A stretch of DNA of 64,000 bases from Vicugna vicugna (taxonomy: Eukaryota), in contig MU058387.1 of the NCBI GenBank assembly GCA_013265495.1, positions 1,240,001-1,304,000 on the forward strand, given 5' to 3'. A model generated the notes under the pieces. It saw nothing but the letters and a program-made list of their open reading frames with translations, searched no databases and was not told where the DNA came from. The translations under genes were made by a program, and so were the position numbers. Positions 13,315 through 26,430 of the stretch are shown here, one piece after another; position 1 is the first letter of the stretch, and every line of letters begins with the position of its first letter.

Positions 13315-13490
13315 TGCAGTTATGTTTAAAACTGGTTCCTCTAGTTGGGGAACAGCCCTGTTCCTAAGGGTACAGTGACAAGCTTGACTCTGTTTATCTT
13401 CTTTACATTAAATTAAATTACTGGCACTGATAAGTTTTTGCAAAGCAGTGCACCCCAGTTATTAAAATGTTGTGTATTTTGGACCACCTT
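13315..13490. mobile_element. Possible MER63-like hAT-Blackjack remnant
   Basis: ccagttattaaaatgttg...cacc resembles a MER63 terminus. The rest is degenerate. Confidence 0.3.
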
Positions 13491-13725
13491 TAATTCAACT
13501 TTGCTCTTTAAATTTACAGTATTTTCTCATCCACAAACATGAACGCAAAGACTAATTCTCTGTCAATGTTTTTATTTCATGTCATCTAACAAACTATGTT
13601 TATGTTTAGTTCATAATTTACAAAGAGAAGCTATTTTTCTTTATCATTCTCACTTGCGTTATCATTATGTCATCATCATTAAAAAAAAAATCTTCCCAGA
13701 ACTGACTTGCGTGGGGGTCTGGCAT

Positions 13726-14174
13726 AGGAATTCTAAGAAATGTACATATAAGTTCATTTAATTCTTTCCTACACAAAAATACCAAGCTTTGCCTCTCCTA
13801 ACAAGAATTTTATTTTATTTTTCCCACTGGCTGCAACTAGGCATTTATTTCAATAAGCCCATTCTGCTTTGGTAGTTGTCCTCAATAAATTATTTTTAAT
13901 ACCTCCAAAGAGGATGACTTTTTAGCTTTAATTTGTATTTCACTGTGGAAAGGAATTCTAAGAAATGTACATGTAAGGTCATTTAATTCTTTCCTACACA
14001 AAAATACCAAGCCTTGCCTCTCCTAACAAGAATTTTATTTTATTTTTCCCACTGTCTGCAACTAGGCATTTATTTCAATAAGCCCATTCTGCTTTGGTAG
14101 TTGTCCTCAATAAATTATTTTTAATACCTCCAAAGAGGATGACTTTTTAGCTTTAATTTGTATTTCACTGTGGA
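13726..14174 (+). repeat. Tandem duplication, 2 copies, period 225 bp
   Basis: 13726-13949 and 13951-14174 align without gaps. I count 4 substitutions by eye. Confidence 0.97.
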
Positions 14175-14194
14175 TCCCTTGAGGCAATATTGAG

Positions 14195-14400
14195 ATGAGG
14201 TCAGAGCCAGGGCCCTGGTTTCAAATTCCTAAGGTCCAGTCCCAATTGCCGTATACACTGACCTTGACACTTTCCAGCTTCAATTTTCTCACCTGCAAAA
14301 TGAGAACACTGAGAATAGTCAGCCCTGTAGAGTTATAGGAAGTAATTAAAAGGGAGAAATGTAGAAAGCATTCAACAGAGTGAATGATGCCTAATCAAAG
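14195..14400 (+). mobile_element. MIR
   Basis: ctggtttcaaattcc...tgaccttg...cttcaattttctcacctgcaaaatgag...atgtagaaagcattcaacagag. Confidence 0.75.
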
Positions 14401-17079
14401 TAAAGACATGTTAGCCCACTCATTCTAAGTCAAGTTTGATAATCCTCGGTAGGTTCAGTAATACTAAGGTTGAATAAAACATATTTTTATTTCTTGAATT
14501 ATCTTATGACTTAGAGGAATTTCTTAAGAATAATCTTCCAAAATGAGTTACATAATTGGAACCAGTATGGACTTCCAAAATCATTTTAAAAATATGCATT
14601 CAAATTATCTGATAAGTATGCTGGATAATGTTATGCTTTTTTGTCCTTTAGTTATCAACTTCCACTCATTGCTTGAGAGGCTGCCCTACACTTCTGGAAT
14701 TGCCAATCTAAAAAGGATTTAAACAAATTTGAAAAGTTGAATAAAGGAGCTGGGTGTCTGCACTGGGTAGGTGATAAGGGTATATGCATCTTTGTAAGCC
14801 AGAAAGGAGAAATCCTCACAGGAGACCCTTTGATGCTGGCCATGAAGGGTCATAAATTTATTTAACAGCAGTTCTAGATAGTACTTTTGCATTCCATTTT
14901 ATCACGTTTTACCGTAGCATGTTGTTTCTCTCTGGACACCTTGACACATGAGTGGAAAATCTCCCACCTTATCTAATGCATATCCACAGGACAGTTTTAT
15001 TCAGTACACTCCAGTCTTAACACCATTGGCATTGTTTCCTGCCATCTGGAAAGTTCTTTGGTCAAAGGGGTGGTTTATTATTTGCTTAACTCCCTAGAAA
15101 CTGTGCACTTAAACCGTAAAATCCCTGCTAACTTTGCCAAAGCCCGGGGAGGATTTATCATGGTGCTACATCATGCATTTGAATATGAACTGACATAGGT
15201 ATATAATACGGTTTAGCTGAAGTAGTTGATGTTGTTTGAATGATAACTCTTGACCTGAGAAGCTCTGCAGCAATGAAAGGGGGATAAATTTGCATGATTT
15301 GTGCCATAAGCAATATTTATAATGTAAGAAGGCTTTAAAGATTAATACATTCCCAGAGCAACACATGAAAGAGAATAGGAAAGGTTATTCAATGATCATT
15401 CAAATGAGCTATTTATTTGCAATGCTTTCATCTGGAAGACTTTCTTAGTTGCTGTGTTTTTGTTTTTGTTTTTGTTTTTCTTTCCCCCTATTAATTTATA
15501 CAAAGAGGACACTGATATCTCCCTGATTTCAAAATATTATCTGCAAGTTTAACTGTTTTAATTAAGGAGAAAAGGCATAATACAGTTTGAAGAAATAGCT
15601 GATTGATTGCATCTCATTAGTTAAAAGGCCTGCAGTACTTTGTAAGTTCTTATATCATTAACTCCTTATTTTGAGAATCAAATAGCTGGAAGTATTGTTC
15701 ACAAAATAGTTACATTATTGTGTTATCTTATTATCAATTGGTAAAAGGATAAATTGATTCATAACACCCCTAAAAATTATATAATTACACAAATGGAGTA
15801 TTAAAGTCCGGGGTTGACCACCGTCTTGAAAGCTGACCTCAGAATAATTTCTTCAAAATTACTTGTACTACACTTTTAGCTTTCTGTCAAGCAATACAGA
15901 AAGTTTTCAAAAATAGCTTTATAATCCTTACTTTTTTTTTTTTTCATCTGAAAAATCAAATGATTCTGGGTTTAGGGCTAAAGTAAAAAAAGTGGGGGTG
16001 AAGCATTAAAACAGGTGTTCAAGAGAAAGTTTAAAATTAAATGTGTGTTGATATCTGCATATATTGTGATTTTAATTCCTTTGGCAAATGATGTTTGATA
16101 GTATAGTTGTGTCTGCACCCTTCCAAAACAATTGAACCTAACTGAAAAGCAAAGACCTCTGTCAGTCAAACATGAGATTTCCTTCACAGAGCCAAGTTGC
16201 TTTCGCTGAAGGTACGGAATATGATGTTTATTCTAGAAATGTGGACAGAGATCGAACAGCCAGTACCTAGATCGGCTGCAGCATCAGTGACTGCCTCATA
16301 GGCTCACTTCCTTGCTTTACTTTCCCCATCACAGGTCTTCTTGTGTAGTCTTCTTCTTCCTTGTGGCAGATTGAATCTTAATCAGAAAATGAATTGTGGA
16401 TATTATGACTTACTTTATCGTGTTGCTTTGAGGGAAGAATAAAGACACTCACTCTCCCTTATCTCGTATCTCCTGAAGCATGATCTCACATCACTGTCAT
16501 TTTAAAAAGGAGGGAAATGATTTAAGAGATTTAGCCAAGGTAATAGCAGAAATAAGAAGGGCCAGAGCAAGACATCGCCTAGTTTCCAAATTTCTCTTAG
16601 ATATACAACAGAAATTTTTCTCCAGGATCACTTGCAGAATTTTGAAGAGAAATTTCGGGAAAAAATATTTCTATTTTTCCCTTCTAGGCACACAAAATAT
16701 ACATAAGTGGCAATCAATTATGGATAATCATTTGGATCTATTCTAGAGTTGTTAAGGGCAGTAACATTTGTACATAAAATGTAAAGATATGTTGAATATT
16801 TAATAGTTATTAGAGCAAAGTAAATGGATCCAGATTAAATTATTTCCCAAGCACTAGGTTCTTGACTTTATAATCACAAGATTACTTCCCCACATAGTCT
16901 ATCTTCCATCTGAGTAACTCTTGAAGGTTCATCATCCTCACCACCACTGTGGTGGTGCAGTTTCAGTTTAGCATCACAGGGCTCACTGGAAGCTCTAGGA
17001 ACTTCAACTTAATAGGCAAATGTACTTTCACTCTACTTTGGTCCCCTAATAACTAATGCTGTGTATTGTAAATAAAATT

Positions 17080-17297
17080 CCGAGCTGTGGAGTCAGTCAG
17101 GCATCCATCCCAGTTCTAAAGCTTTACTTTTTAGCTGAGGAATAGATATGTTGTTGCCCTCTTGGAGCACAAACATGTACTCCTTTATAAAACAAGGGTA
17201 ATATTTGTCTTGCGTTATAGAATTATTGTTTGAATTTACATAATAGAATGCATAACAAAATCCTTGGTACACAGTGAGGGGTCAAAATGTATTATTA
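17080..17297 (+). mobile_element. MIR, degenerate
   Basis: gctgtggagtcag...cctttataaaacaagggtaata...aatgcataacaaaatccttggtacacagtgag. Confidence 0.6.
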
Positions 17298-20114
17298 CTT
17301 TCTCAACATCTCTTCATGGCCTGCAAGCAAATGTAGAGTGGGTTATATTGTAAGGTGGAGGCGGAAAATGCATCGAAATAATGTCCTCTGTGATGTCTGA
17401 CCTCACCACCTCAGGCATGGGATTTCTTCCTTTTTTTTAGAATAATCATGATTATCATTTGTTCATTAATCTAACACTGACTTGGGTTGCTTTTTTATCA
17501 TAATGGTGGATCTGTCCGATTACTTCAAGTCTGCTGTAATCTTGAGGGAAGGTGTTTGGATTTTTAATTCCATATAAATTGACATTCTATGTAATAACCC
17601 ATAATGCATCAAATATATTTTAAGTCCAACAGACCCTCATAAAGTCTTTCTTTGAAAGAACTGGCCAAGTGCATGAAGGCAGATGACCTTACTTCCTGCC
17701 GTGGTTCTTACTCTGAGTAAGTTACTTTTGCTTTGGCAAGTCACGTGATGACAAGGAGCCTTACTGCCCTCCTTTATAAAATTGTGCACTCTCTCCCTAC
17801 TACTTAGAATGTTGTGTGAATCTTCCAAGATAATGCAGATGAAAGTACTTTTGAGACATTAAAGCTCTAACTTGAAAATAAGAATGAGAGCTAGCTCTTA
17901 TTGTGATGTTTCATCGTATAATAACATAACATTTTGTTGCATTTATGTACTTGAAATGGCAATAAGATTTAGGAAATACACTTGAATACAGTAATTTGCA
18001 GATGGATGTGATCTGCTTATGAACAAGAGCTTCTGTAACATTACTGTTACTGTTAGATTCCTGGGTCCCCTTATTCCACGGCACGCAGACATATGCATAC
18101 ATGTGAAGAAAATAATCATGGAAAGATTTTCACTTGCACAAGTGTCATGTTGCCAACACCAGGGATCGCCATGAGGAATGAAGAGGTCAGCTTGAAAAAC
18201 TGAAGTGCGATGAGAATAATTTCTATTATTTCCTTTCACTCCTGGACTAGCCTTTCACCATTCTGGAAGAACAGTCTTAAAATTGAACCTCCCTTGTAGG
18301 GCTTTAATCAACATAGACAAGGTTTGTTTCCATTTCTTTCAGAGGCTGGAGCGAGAAATGTTAAAATACCACGTGCCAGACCTTGCCTGTGGGGTTTCCA
18401 GCTGAGACTGGAAGCCGAAGGGCTGAATATTCTCACGAAGAATCTCGGCTTCGGGACACTTGCAGACAAACCCTGTGGCCCCCGGGGATGGAGGTAAACG
18501 TAAGGTGAGCTTCTGGAGGCCTGGTACACTCAGTCTGCCTCAGTGTTGTCCCACTCGAAGAGTACTGATGGAGAGCTCTAGACAAGTTTTCTCAAGACAT
18601 TCTGCATTTGCTACACTGTTGTTTGTGTGGACTACCATGCTCCCAATAGGAAAGGAATGCATATTTTTCCACTTAATGTCAAATGTTAACTACACTATAG
18701 AATGGGCAGCTTCTTCTCTCTCTCTCTCTTTTTTTTTTAAATGACCTCTTCTCAACAAGAGGCCTGTGGAAAATGAAGCGTTACCCATCTTAATAGATTT
18801 CAATCTCCTGCACAGGCTGCTTCAGTGATATTTCAGAGTCTATTAAAGGACTCAAAATTGCACAGCAGGAAGGCACCACCAAATATTTCCTTGAAGCTCT
18901 GTTTTCTAGATTATCAAAAAGACAAATAGAAAAAAGGTGTTATTTATTAGTTTCTTCTGTCGTTGCCCTGTTGATGTGAAAGATGCTATTCCCTGCTAAA
19001 TCCTAAATTGTTAGGATTACTGACAGTGTATCCAAGTAATTAGCCGTAAGTAGTGAAGAAAGGAGACTGAGATAGAGTCCTGATTATTAAAATAATAGGG
19101 CAGGTAAAAGTTGTCTGTAATTTGAAAAATAAAGTATTATATTGCAATACTCTTTCAAGATATTTTGGTACCTTTTAATAAAATTTAGACAACTATGCCT
19201 GAGTATATTTTGTGGTTTTAATCTGCTAATATATGCTTTTAAAAAGAATGAAAGTCAATCACTACACCCTTCAAATGGTTGACATAATTTTTAAAATAAT
19301 GTGAGATGGAAAACATGAGCACAAGATTTCTTTCCTATTCAGGCTCTGGTGGGCTGTATGGATGTTTGCATCATGAATATTTTTACTGATAACCTGATGT
19401 ACCATTATCTTCTATGTTGACTTCATTCCATGCAAAGCACTTGTGAAAAACAGGATTTTCTCTTGTTATGGATGTTTTGGTTATAAAACAAGAATTTATA
19501 CATAATATAACTTTATGAATTAGTATTTGTCTTTGAGTGACAGTAAAAACACAAAGAGATGGCATAGAAGCATATAAACACAAATTTCCATATAGAGTCT
19601 CTAATCAAATCTTGTGTTTTGAAAGACTTTTCTTTCCCCATAATATGTTGAATTTATTTTACTTTAAAGCAGAATCCTGATTTTGCTTCTCTGGCACTAA
19701 ATTAAGCAGAATAAGTATCACAATGTTTAAACCATATCCTCCTGTTACTTGGGGCAAAAAAAATAACAGAAAGAACAGAGAATTATGTCACAATTGTTTA
19801 TATGTTTAAGCTTCATGATGATACAAAAATCTTTCCTTGTTTTAATCTTTCTTTATACTCTTCCCAGCACGGTTGGTAACTGAGTGAGTTTTTGAAAACA
19901 GATATACAAGACAAGTGGAAATGGTTTATTGAATAAGCTGGTGCAGGCAGAAAGCAAATTTATTTTTCTTATGACTTCATCTTTAACCCTATCCTCTTTA
20001 TTCATTCTCTGACCTCATACACCCTCACCATTCTCACCCCATTGGTTGCAATACTGATTTTCTAATTTTCATAACTTTTCCCAGTTGTTTTGTTTCACAA
20101 AATGTCAGTACAGC

Positions 20115-20227
20115 TAGGGGGGCCAGCAGTTTAGCTTTCCACAATATTGAGGGGCTTTTCTGAGATAGGGGACTCTCTGTGCAAAAACTTGGGATGTCCC
20201 GAGTAAACTGGGATGGTTAGCCACCTA
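20115..20227. mobile_element. MER94-like hAT-Blackjack MITE
   Basis: Terminal inverted repeats tagggggccagc...ggttagccaccta and internal gtcccgagtaaactgggatgg. Confidence 0.7.
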
Positions 20228-21645
20228 AGTGAGCAGTCCAGAAATCATGTGACTCCAAGCCTCCTCAGACTGACTCAGACTTAGAACTCTGCAGTGCAGG
20301 AGGCCCTTGTGGGCAGATTTTGCCCTATTTCTCACCTTATTTTTCTACTTCCCCGTCCCCACTCTCAAAGCTACATTTGGTTGCTCCAGGTTTAATGTGG
20401 AAAAGAGCAGCAAGGCCAGCCTCCACTGGTGCAGGTGAAATCTACCTCAGTCAGTTCAGAGAGGACCCCACCTTTTCTTACATCTTTGAAATCATGTTCA
20501 CCAGATGCAATGAGAAGATCCCTCTCATGTGTTCTAATGCTTCCCGGCAGCATATCAAGGATTTGGGAAGAAATGACTTTAAAATGTCTTGCAATAGCTT
20601 ATTCTCATGATTGAGAGTCACGGTATAAATGAACTTTGCATTAGCCCCACGCTGCCCTGCTCTGAGGCCTCCAAAATGGCAGATGCCAGATTGAGCTACA
20701 TTGTTGAAACCATTGGAATTATCTCCTTGACAAGCTTTAATCAATATTTTGAAGGTTTGAATTTGTTGAGGAAGAGGAGAGAGACAAGGATGATTGGGGG
20801 AAAAATGTGGGTTCCCAGCTATTTCCAAACAAGAGATAATCCCAGACAATGGTTATTCTGCCTTTCATTGGTTGAGAAAGAAATGTCAATAATTAGTAAA
20901 TAAAAAGAAGCCTCTTCTTCTGGACTCATTGTAAATTGTCTGCAAGGTACTTCAGTTTTGTGGATTGGCAGACAATCCAAGCAGCTCACCAACTATGGAA
21001 AGATTAATATTTTGAAACATTACCTAAACATCCATGCCTTGCTCTCAAAACAAAAGCTAGACTATCACAACCTCTCTGAACATAATTATGTTATGTCTGA
21101 ATGAAATCCAATTGTTAAATACATTTCTGCTCCAAAAATTTAATTTTCATACCTTTTATCATTAGCTAACTAAATAATTTTTTTTACTTTCTTGAACTTT
21201 AAGCTAAATTTAATATGCATATTATCACTTTGAAACCAATTTTATCATCTTTTGAACTTTTTAACTGAATTACAATGGTATTCGTAATAACATTAGATGT
21301 TTTGTCTTTAACAAAATACATTTCAAAAAATGAATTCCTTTACACTTAGAATTCAAAAACTTAACCATTATTAAATTTGACTAATTTTCTGTTTACAGTG
21401 ATCCAAAAATGGTATATGTAAATCTTTGCAAAGTTCTTCCACTAATAATCTAACATGTTCACAAATATTACTTTATTTTCTTGTGCAGCCACAGGAAAAA
21501 TCAAAGTGGAAAATAAGAGACGTTAACTAAGAACAACAGTTGATTGCTCATATGAAATGTTAAGCTTCACAGGATGGTAGAAAAATGTACTTTCTGTAAC
21601 TATGCATGTAAAATAGTAGTGTTTGTCATAGTCTCCTTTAAATGG

Positions 21646-22120
21646 TGTAATTGTTATCTAGTGCTGCATAACAAATTTTCTCAAAATTTAAGTTAAAACA
21701 CCTGAGGTTCAGAAACCCAGGCTTGGACTAACTGGGTGGTGATTCTGGCTCAGGGTCTCTCACAAGGTTGCAATCAAGCTGTTGTCAGAGTCTGCAGTAA
21801 TTTCAAAATCCACCCAGTGCTGGAGAATTGGCTACCGAGTTCCCTTGCTGTCTGGCTGCTGGCCAGAGGCTTCAGTCTGTCTCCATGTGGGCCTCTTCAT
21901 AGCAGCTGTTTTCCCCAAGAGCAAGAAGAGAGAGAGAAAGAGAAAGTGAGTAAGTGCCTCAAATGAAAATGGCAGTCTTTTCTAACCTAATGTTGAACAT
22001 GACGTGCCATCACTTCTGCTGTTTGTCACACTGATCAATCCTTGTGTAAAAAGGACCGCATCTGAGTGAGACTATCAGGAGGCAGGGATCACTGGGGTTG
22101 GATCTCAGAAACCACTACTA
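21646..22120 (-). mobile_element. MLT1F-like MaLR LTR
   Basis: ttatctagtgctgcataacaaatt, ttctggctcagggtctctcacaaggttgcaatcaag, tgccatcacttctgc, aggaggcagggatcactgggg. Confidence 0.85.
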
Positions 22121-22398
22121 ACTTGTAAAGTAGAGGAAAATATGAGTATTCTGGATGTCAAGGGCTAATGATACCACATTGTTCATGGATTAAGGGAAAG
22201 GTTGACTAACATTTACACAAAATACGTACTTGTCATCAATTTTCTAGAGAACCAGGAATTCAGTGCCTGATTTTTTTCTTTAAATACTTATTTTTGTTTT
22301 CTTCAACTCATTGCTGTCAAAATAATTTCTTTAGAAATAAAATAGTTACCACATAATGAAATAAGTAGCTATAGATTGATACCACATAGGAAAGGATA

Positions 22399-22424
22399 CA
22401 CACACACACACACACACACACACA
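22399..22424 (+). repeat. (CA)13 microsatellite
   Basis: Read directly. Confidence 0.95.
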
Positions 22425-23799
22425 TACTATTGCAATAGTATTCAGATAACCTTCTATGTCCTACAGCTAAACAGCTAAGCCTGTATTTACAGACCCGTAT
22501 CAGGAAAGCTAACCTGTAGCTGTCCACATTGCCCATGGAATGGTGGCCAAACTTGTGTATGCCCCGGGCCACAGCATGGACAGTGGCATAACTGCCTGGT
22601 ACAAGTGGCTGTCTAGAGTGAAGAGCTGGCTTCATAGTCCCCTCTCTCCTAAGGGTCCAGAAGTGTTTGCTCCCCCGAGCTGCTGATATCTAAGCATGCT
22701 AGTTTCTTTTATTCAAATGTGGTACATCCTAGCCTTAAAAATGAGGAAAAAGGCAGAGAAAAGAGACATTGATTATCACTAACCATCTTTTGGATTTAAA
22801 TTACGTGTTAAAGTGAGAACTCTATCTAGCCCATCCTTACAAATTATTGGTGGAGACTGTGTGAAAAACTGGAAGTACTACCATACCCATCTTTATTTTT
22901 TGTAGTGTAAAAATAACAAAAAATGCAATAATGTAATCACAGTTCTTTATTTAAAAAACAATAAAACAGGACAAATGCTAACCTGAATGTTATCCTGGAT
23001 CAGTGTAAATAAGCCAGAATTGTCCTGGCAAAATCAGTGTACCATCATAGGCCACCTTAATAATTTTATATTTAGGCTGAGTAGTGAAGAGGAATGAAGG
23101 TTACTATACACACTATAGGGCTAATATTTCAAAACATTTCATGGTATTTAAGAAATCTGCCAACGGTATTTTTCCTGGTTAATTATTGTCACAAATTGGA
23201 AGTCATTGCAAGGCTGGCAAAGACTTATTTTTAATATCAGTTTATTTTGAAAGTACAAAGAAATCATCACTATTATACTACATTTGTCTCAAAAATAGAG
23301 ATATTTTCATACCACAAGAGGACACTGATAGTAAATGTGTAAATAACAGATAAGTGGACAGATGGTAAACAATTTGAACAAACATCAAGTGATAAATGGT
23401 TATTTTGGCAAATGTTAATTATATACCTAGTTCTAACACTTTAAAGAGTGTTTGATAAATTTGGAGTCATTTTTTCTTAGTCATTTTCAAGAGCATCTTG
23501 GTACTTCTCCAAAGAAGAATTAAGACTTGGAGAATAGGATTCGTGATGTGAATGCGTTTTCCAGGGAGGAGTCATGAAATACACCTTTCCTCTGGTGTTA
23601 CAATTTTGTTCAGTCAGGAGAACACTGTATTTCCTCAGTTCGATTGTTTATGAACTATAAAAGTTAGCTTTTTTTTTAAGGTACCATTATGAAAATCTTT
23701 AAGCACAGGGAAAAACTTAGGAAACTAGTACTCAAATTAAACAAATGTAGGAATGTTCTCCCCCTCCCCAGATTTTCTCATGGGAATTAGTGGACTGTG

Positions 23800-26430
23800 A
23801 GCTTTTTCAATATTGCTAGATATTAAAAATTGATAGATATTATATATTTTACCAATATATTTTTACTTTGTATTTCTAGGATATTTGGTTTTTCTAGCAA
23901 TTTATTTAGTGCAGTGTTATATTGATTTCAATTTACCTGATGTTAGAAAAATTGAAAATGTCTTCATGTAGCTGAGTCTGCAGTGTTTCCCTTTATTTGC
24001 CTTAGTTGTTCATAGCTTTTACATAATTTATTGACTTATTTATCTTTTCCTTTGTGTATAGAGATTCCTTATATATTTTGTATAGTAATTCTTTTACCCT
24101 TAAATATTTCAAATATCTTTTCCAAGTTTGTGGCTTGTTTTCTAATGTTGGATATACTACCTTTAGTCATAATAAACTCTGTGATTTTAATGTGATCCAA
24201 TATAGCAATCTTTTCTTATATGCTTTGTACACTGTGTGTTTTATTTTTGAAATCCTTCCCTCTACCTTAAAGTCATAAAAATATTTTTCCTATATTAGCT
24301 TCTGAAATCTTAAACTTGTATTTTTCACAGTTATGTCTTTAATTTGTTATTTATCATATGAGTAAAAGTTGACATTTTACCCTTTGGTAAATAATTTCCC
24401 ATGTATCACTTACTTATTCCCCAATTTATTGCAACAACACTGACAGGGGCTTGGGAAGGTGTGGTTCCTAGAAGACAGAACTGCCTGCAGGACTTTGTTC
24501 TACAGGGTAGTCTAGGGACAGGGGTCTCCTTCAGGGCTCACAGTTGGATCCTCAGACAGGGAGCCAGTTATCAGATGTATAGACAGGTGTGGCCTCCACC
24601 AGGTCCCTGGAGGCCCCCTGTTGGGTCGGGTCATTGGGAGGGTCTGTGTGTGGACAAGACTGGCCCTGGGTCATGCCTCAGCGAGGCTGTAACTGAGTCC
24701 TGGCACTGCTTCAGGGTCCACAGCCCAACTGAAGTCTGCATTTCTGGCTCTGGAGGCATGGATGGAAATGTCTCCCACCAGGTTCCTGGGCAAGCAGGGC
24801 TACTTTCCTACCATGGATGGGAGAGGCTGGAGCCAAGTGTAGGGTTCTTTCAGCATCTTCAGGGCTGTAGATCAGAGTGTCCCCTGTTCCAAGCCTGTGC
24901 TGGCAGGACTGCGTATGGACGGAGTCTGGGAGAGGCTGATGTCCAGATACACGGCCGTTTCAGATTCTACAGCTGGACCAAGTTTGGTAGGCTTACCTTC
25001 AGGGTCTCCTGGACCATGGCCAAAAGGGACAGAAACTGAGTCACAGGCTATTTTAGGGTCCACAGCATGGAACAATCATCCAAAGGATGGGTGAGTGTGA
25101 CTCCTCCCCAGTCCCTTGGCGTGTGGTGCTAGTGACAGGACCAAGGCCAAACAGGGCTGTAGCTCAGTCTTCCCTGGATCACAGGTCTCCTACTTGGATC
25201 CCAAAGCTCCCACAAAGTCACTTTTGTTTGTGGGTTGGAGCCAGATTATTATTGCTGAAGGGATATACTAACAGGGACCTCTTATTCTGCCATATTGAAG
25301 ACATCACTCCCCATACATCACTTATTTGTCCATCCATATCCATCCTTTTCCTAGCACTCTGTGTACCTCCGGCTACTTGTGTATTAGCCCCTGCTAGTAT
25401 GTTTATATATGTTTATATATGTTTGGTTCTCCTTCTGGATTCTTTATTCTGTTTCACGGTCTATCCTGAACCAATGCCATGCTATTGTATGTATCATGCA
25501 TTCTAATAAAATTTCAAATCTGGTGGATTGTTATTTTTTTAATGGTTTTTAGTAAACTTAGACCTTTATTTTTCTACTTGGATTTTAGAATCAACGCATT
25601 TACCATAGCAAATCCCTGTTGGAGTATTAATTGGAATCAGATTAAATTTATATGTTGATTCAGAGAAAATTGTTATATTTATAATGGTGATAATTTTCAT
25701 CCATAAACACAATGAGTTCCATTGATTGCCTTATATAAAATATATTTTTTTCATAGAAGGCTTGTAATTCTTGTTAGATTTATTACTAGGTAATTTACAG
25801 ATGTTTTCTCATTGTGAAAAGAGCCTACTTTAAATCATGTTTTCAATTTTTTAAATTCAATTTGTTTTTATATATTGATCTTGTAACCAACAAGCTTGCT
25901 GAGCTATATTATTAGTTGTATTTTTCTGGGATGTTCATGGATGTTCAATGTTACTAATTTTGTCTTCTACTGATACTAGCAAAACAGTTTCTTTCCTGTT
26001 CAGTTCTAATATTGCTTACTTTTTTTCCCCTTTTCTTACTTCACTGGCTAGAATTTCAAGTATGATTTTCATGTACAGGAAAATTGTTTTTTTTTAATTT
26101 TAATGAAAACACTTTAACTATTTTACCAATAGTATAATGTTTGTCATACTGTTTTGATAGATATTCTTTATCATGTTAAAATGTTTCTTATATTACAATT
26201 TAAACAATTATAAACTGCTCTTAAATTTTGTGAATGCTTTTCTGCATTGGCAGTAATAATTTTTTAATCTGTCACTATTCTGTTACCATTACTAAATGTT
26301 GTTTACTATTACTTAGCATTATAGGATTTTAAAATTGTTCTTGTGAAATACTGACGTCAAGATAATGCTAATCACACAGAGATTTGAGGAAAGTTTCCTC
26401 TTTTTTAATACTATGGAAGAATTTGTGTAA
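23800..26430 (-). mobile_element. Old L1M (L1ME/MD-like) ORF2 remnant, interrupted by the insert at 24413-25309
   Basis: Antisense ORF2 motifs on both sides of the insert (ctttattctgtttca, attaattggaatcagattaaatttata, cactggctagaatttcaagtatgat). Confidence 0.7.
24413..25309 (-). mobile_element. L1 5'UTR (L1M2/L1M3-like) element ending in AATAAA, flanked by an imperfect 15-bp TSD
   Basis: The minus strand begins ggagtgatgtcttcaatatggcagaataagaggtccc (L1M 5' start with a degenerate YY1-type motif). GC-rich body. Flanks are cccatgtatcactta (24398-24412) and cccatacatcactta (25310-25324). Confidence 0.75.

Noticed and set aside
13726..14174. CRISPR-like or prokaryotic system interpretation of the repeats
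   Set aside because: The DNA is clearly mammalian. There is no repeat-spacer array, operon or prokaryotic gene anywhere in the window.
16939..16957. Palindrome caccaccac-t-gtggtggtg (also tctagaata-a-tattctaga at 26710-26728)
   Set aside because: 9-bp stems of low complexity are expected occasionally by chance.
24401..25039. 212-aa ORF on the + strand
   Set aside because: It lies antisense in a GC-rich L1 5'UTR, has no recognisable domain, and its length is explained by base composition.
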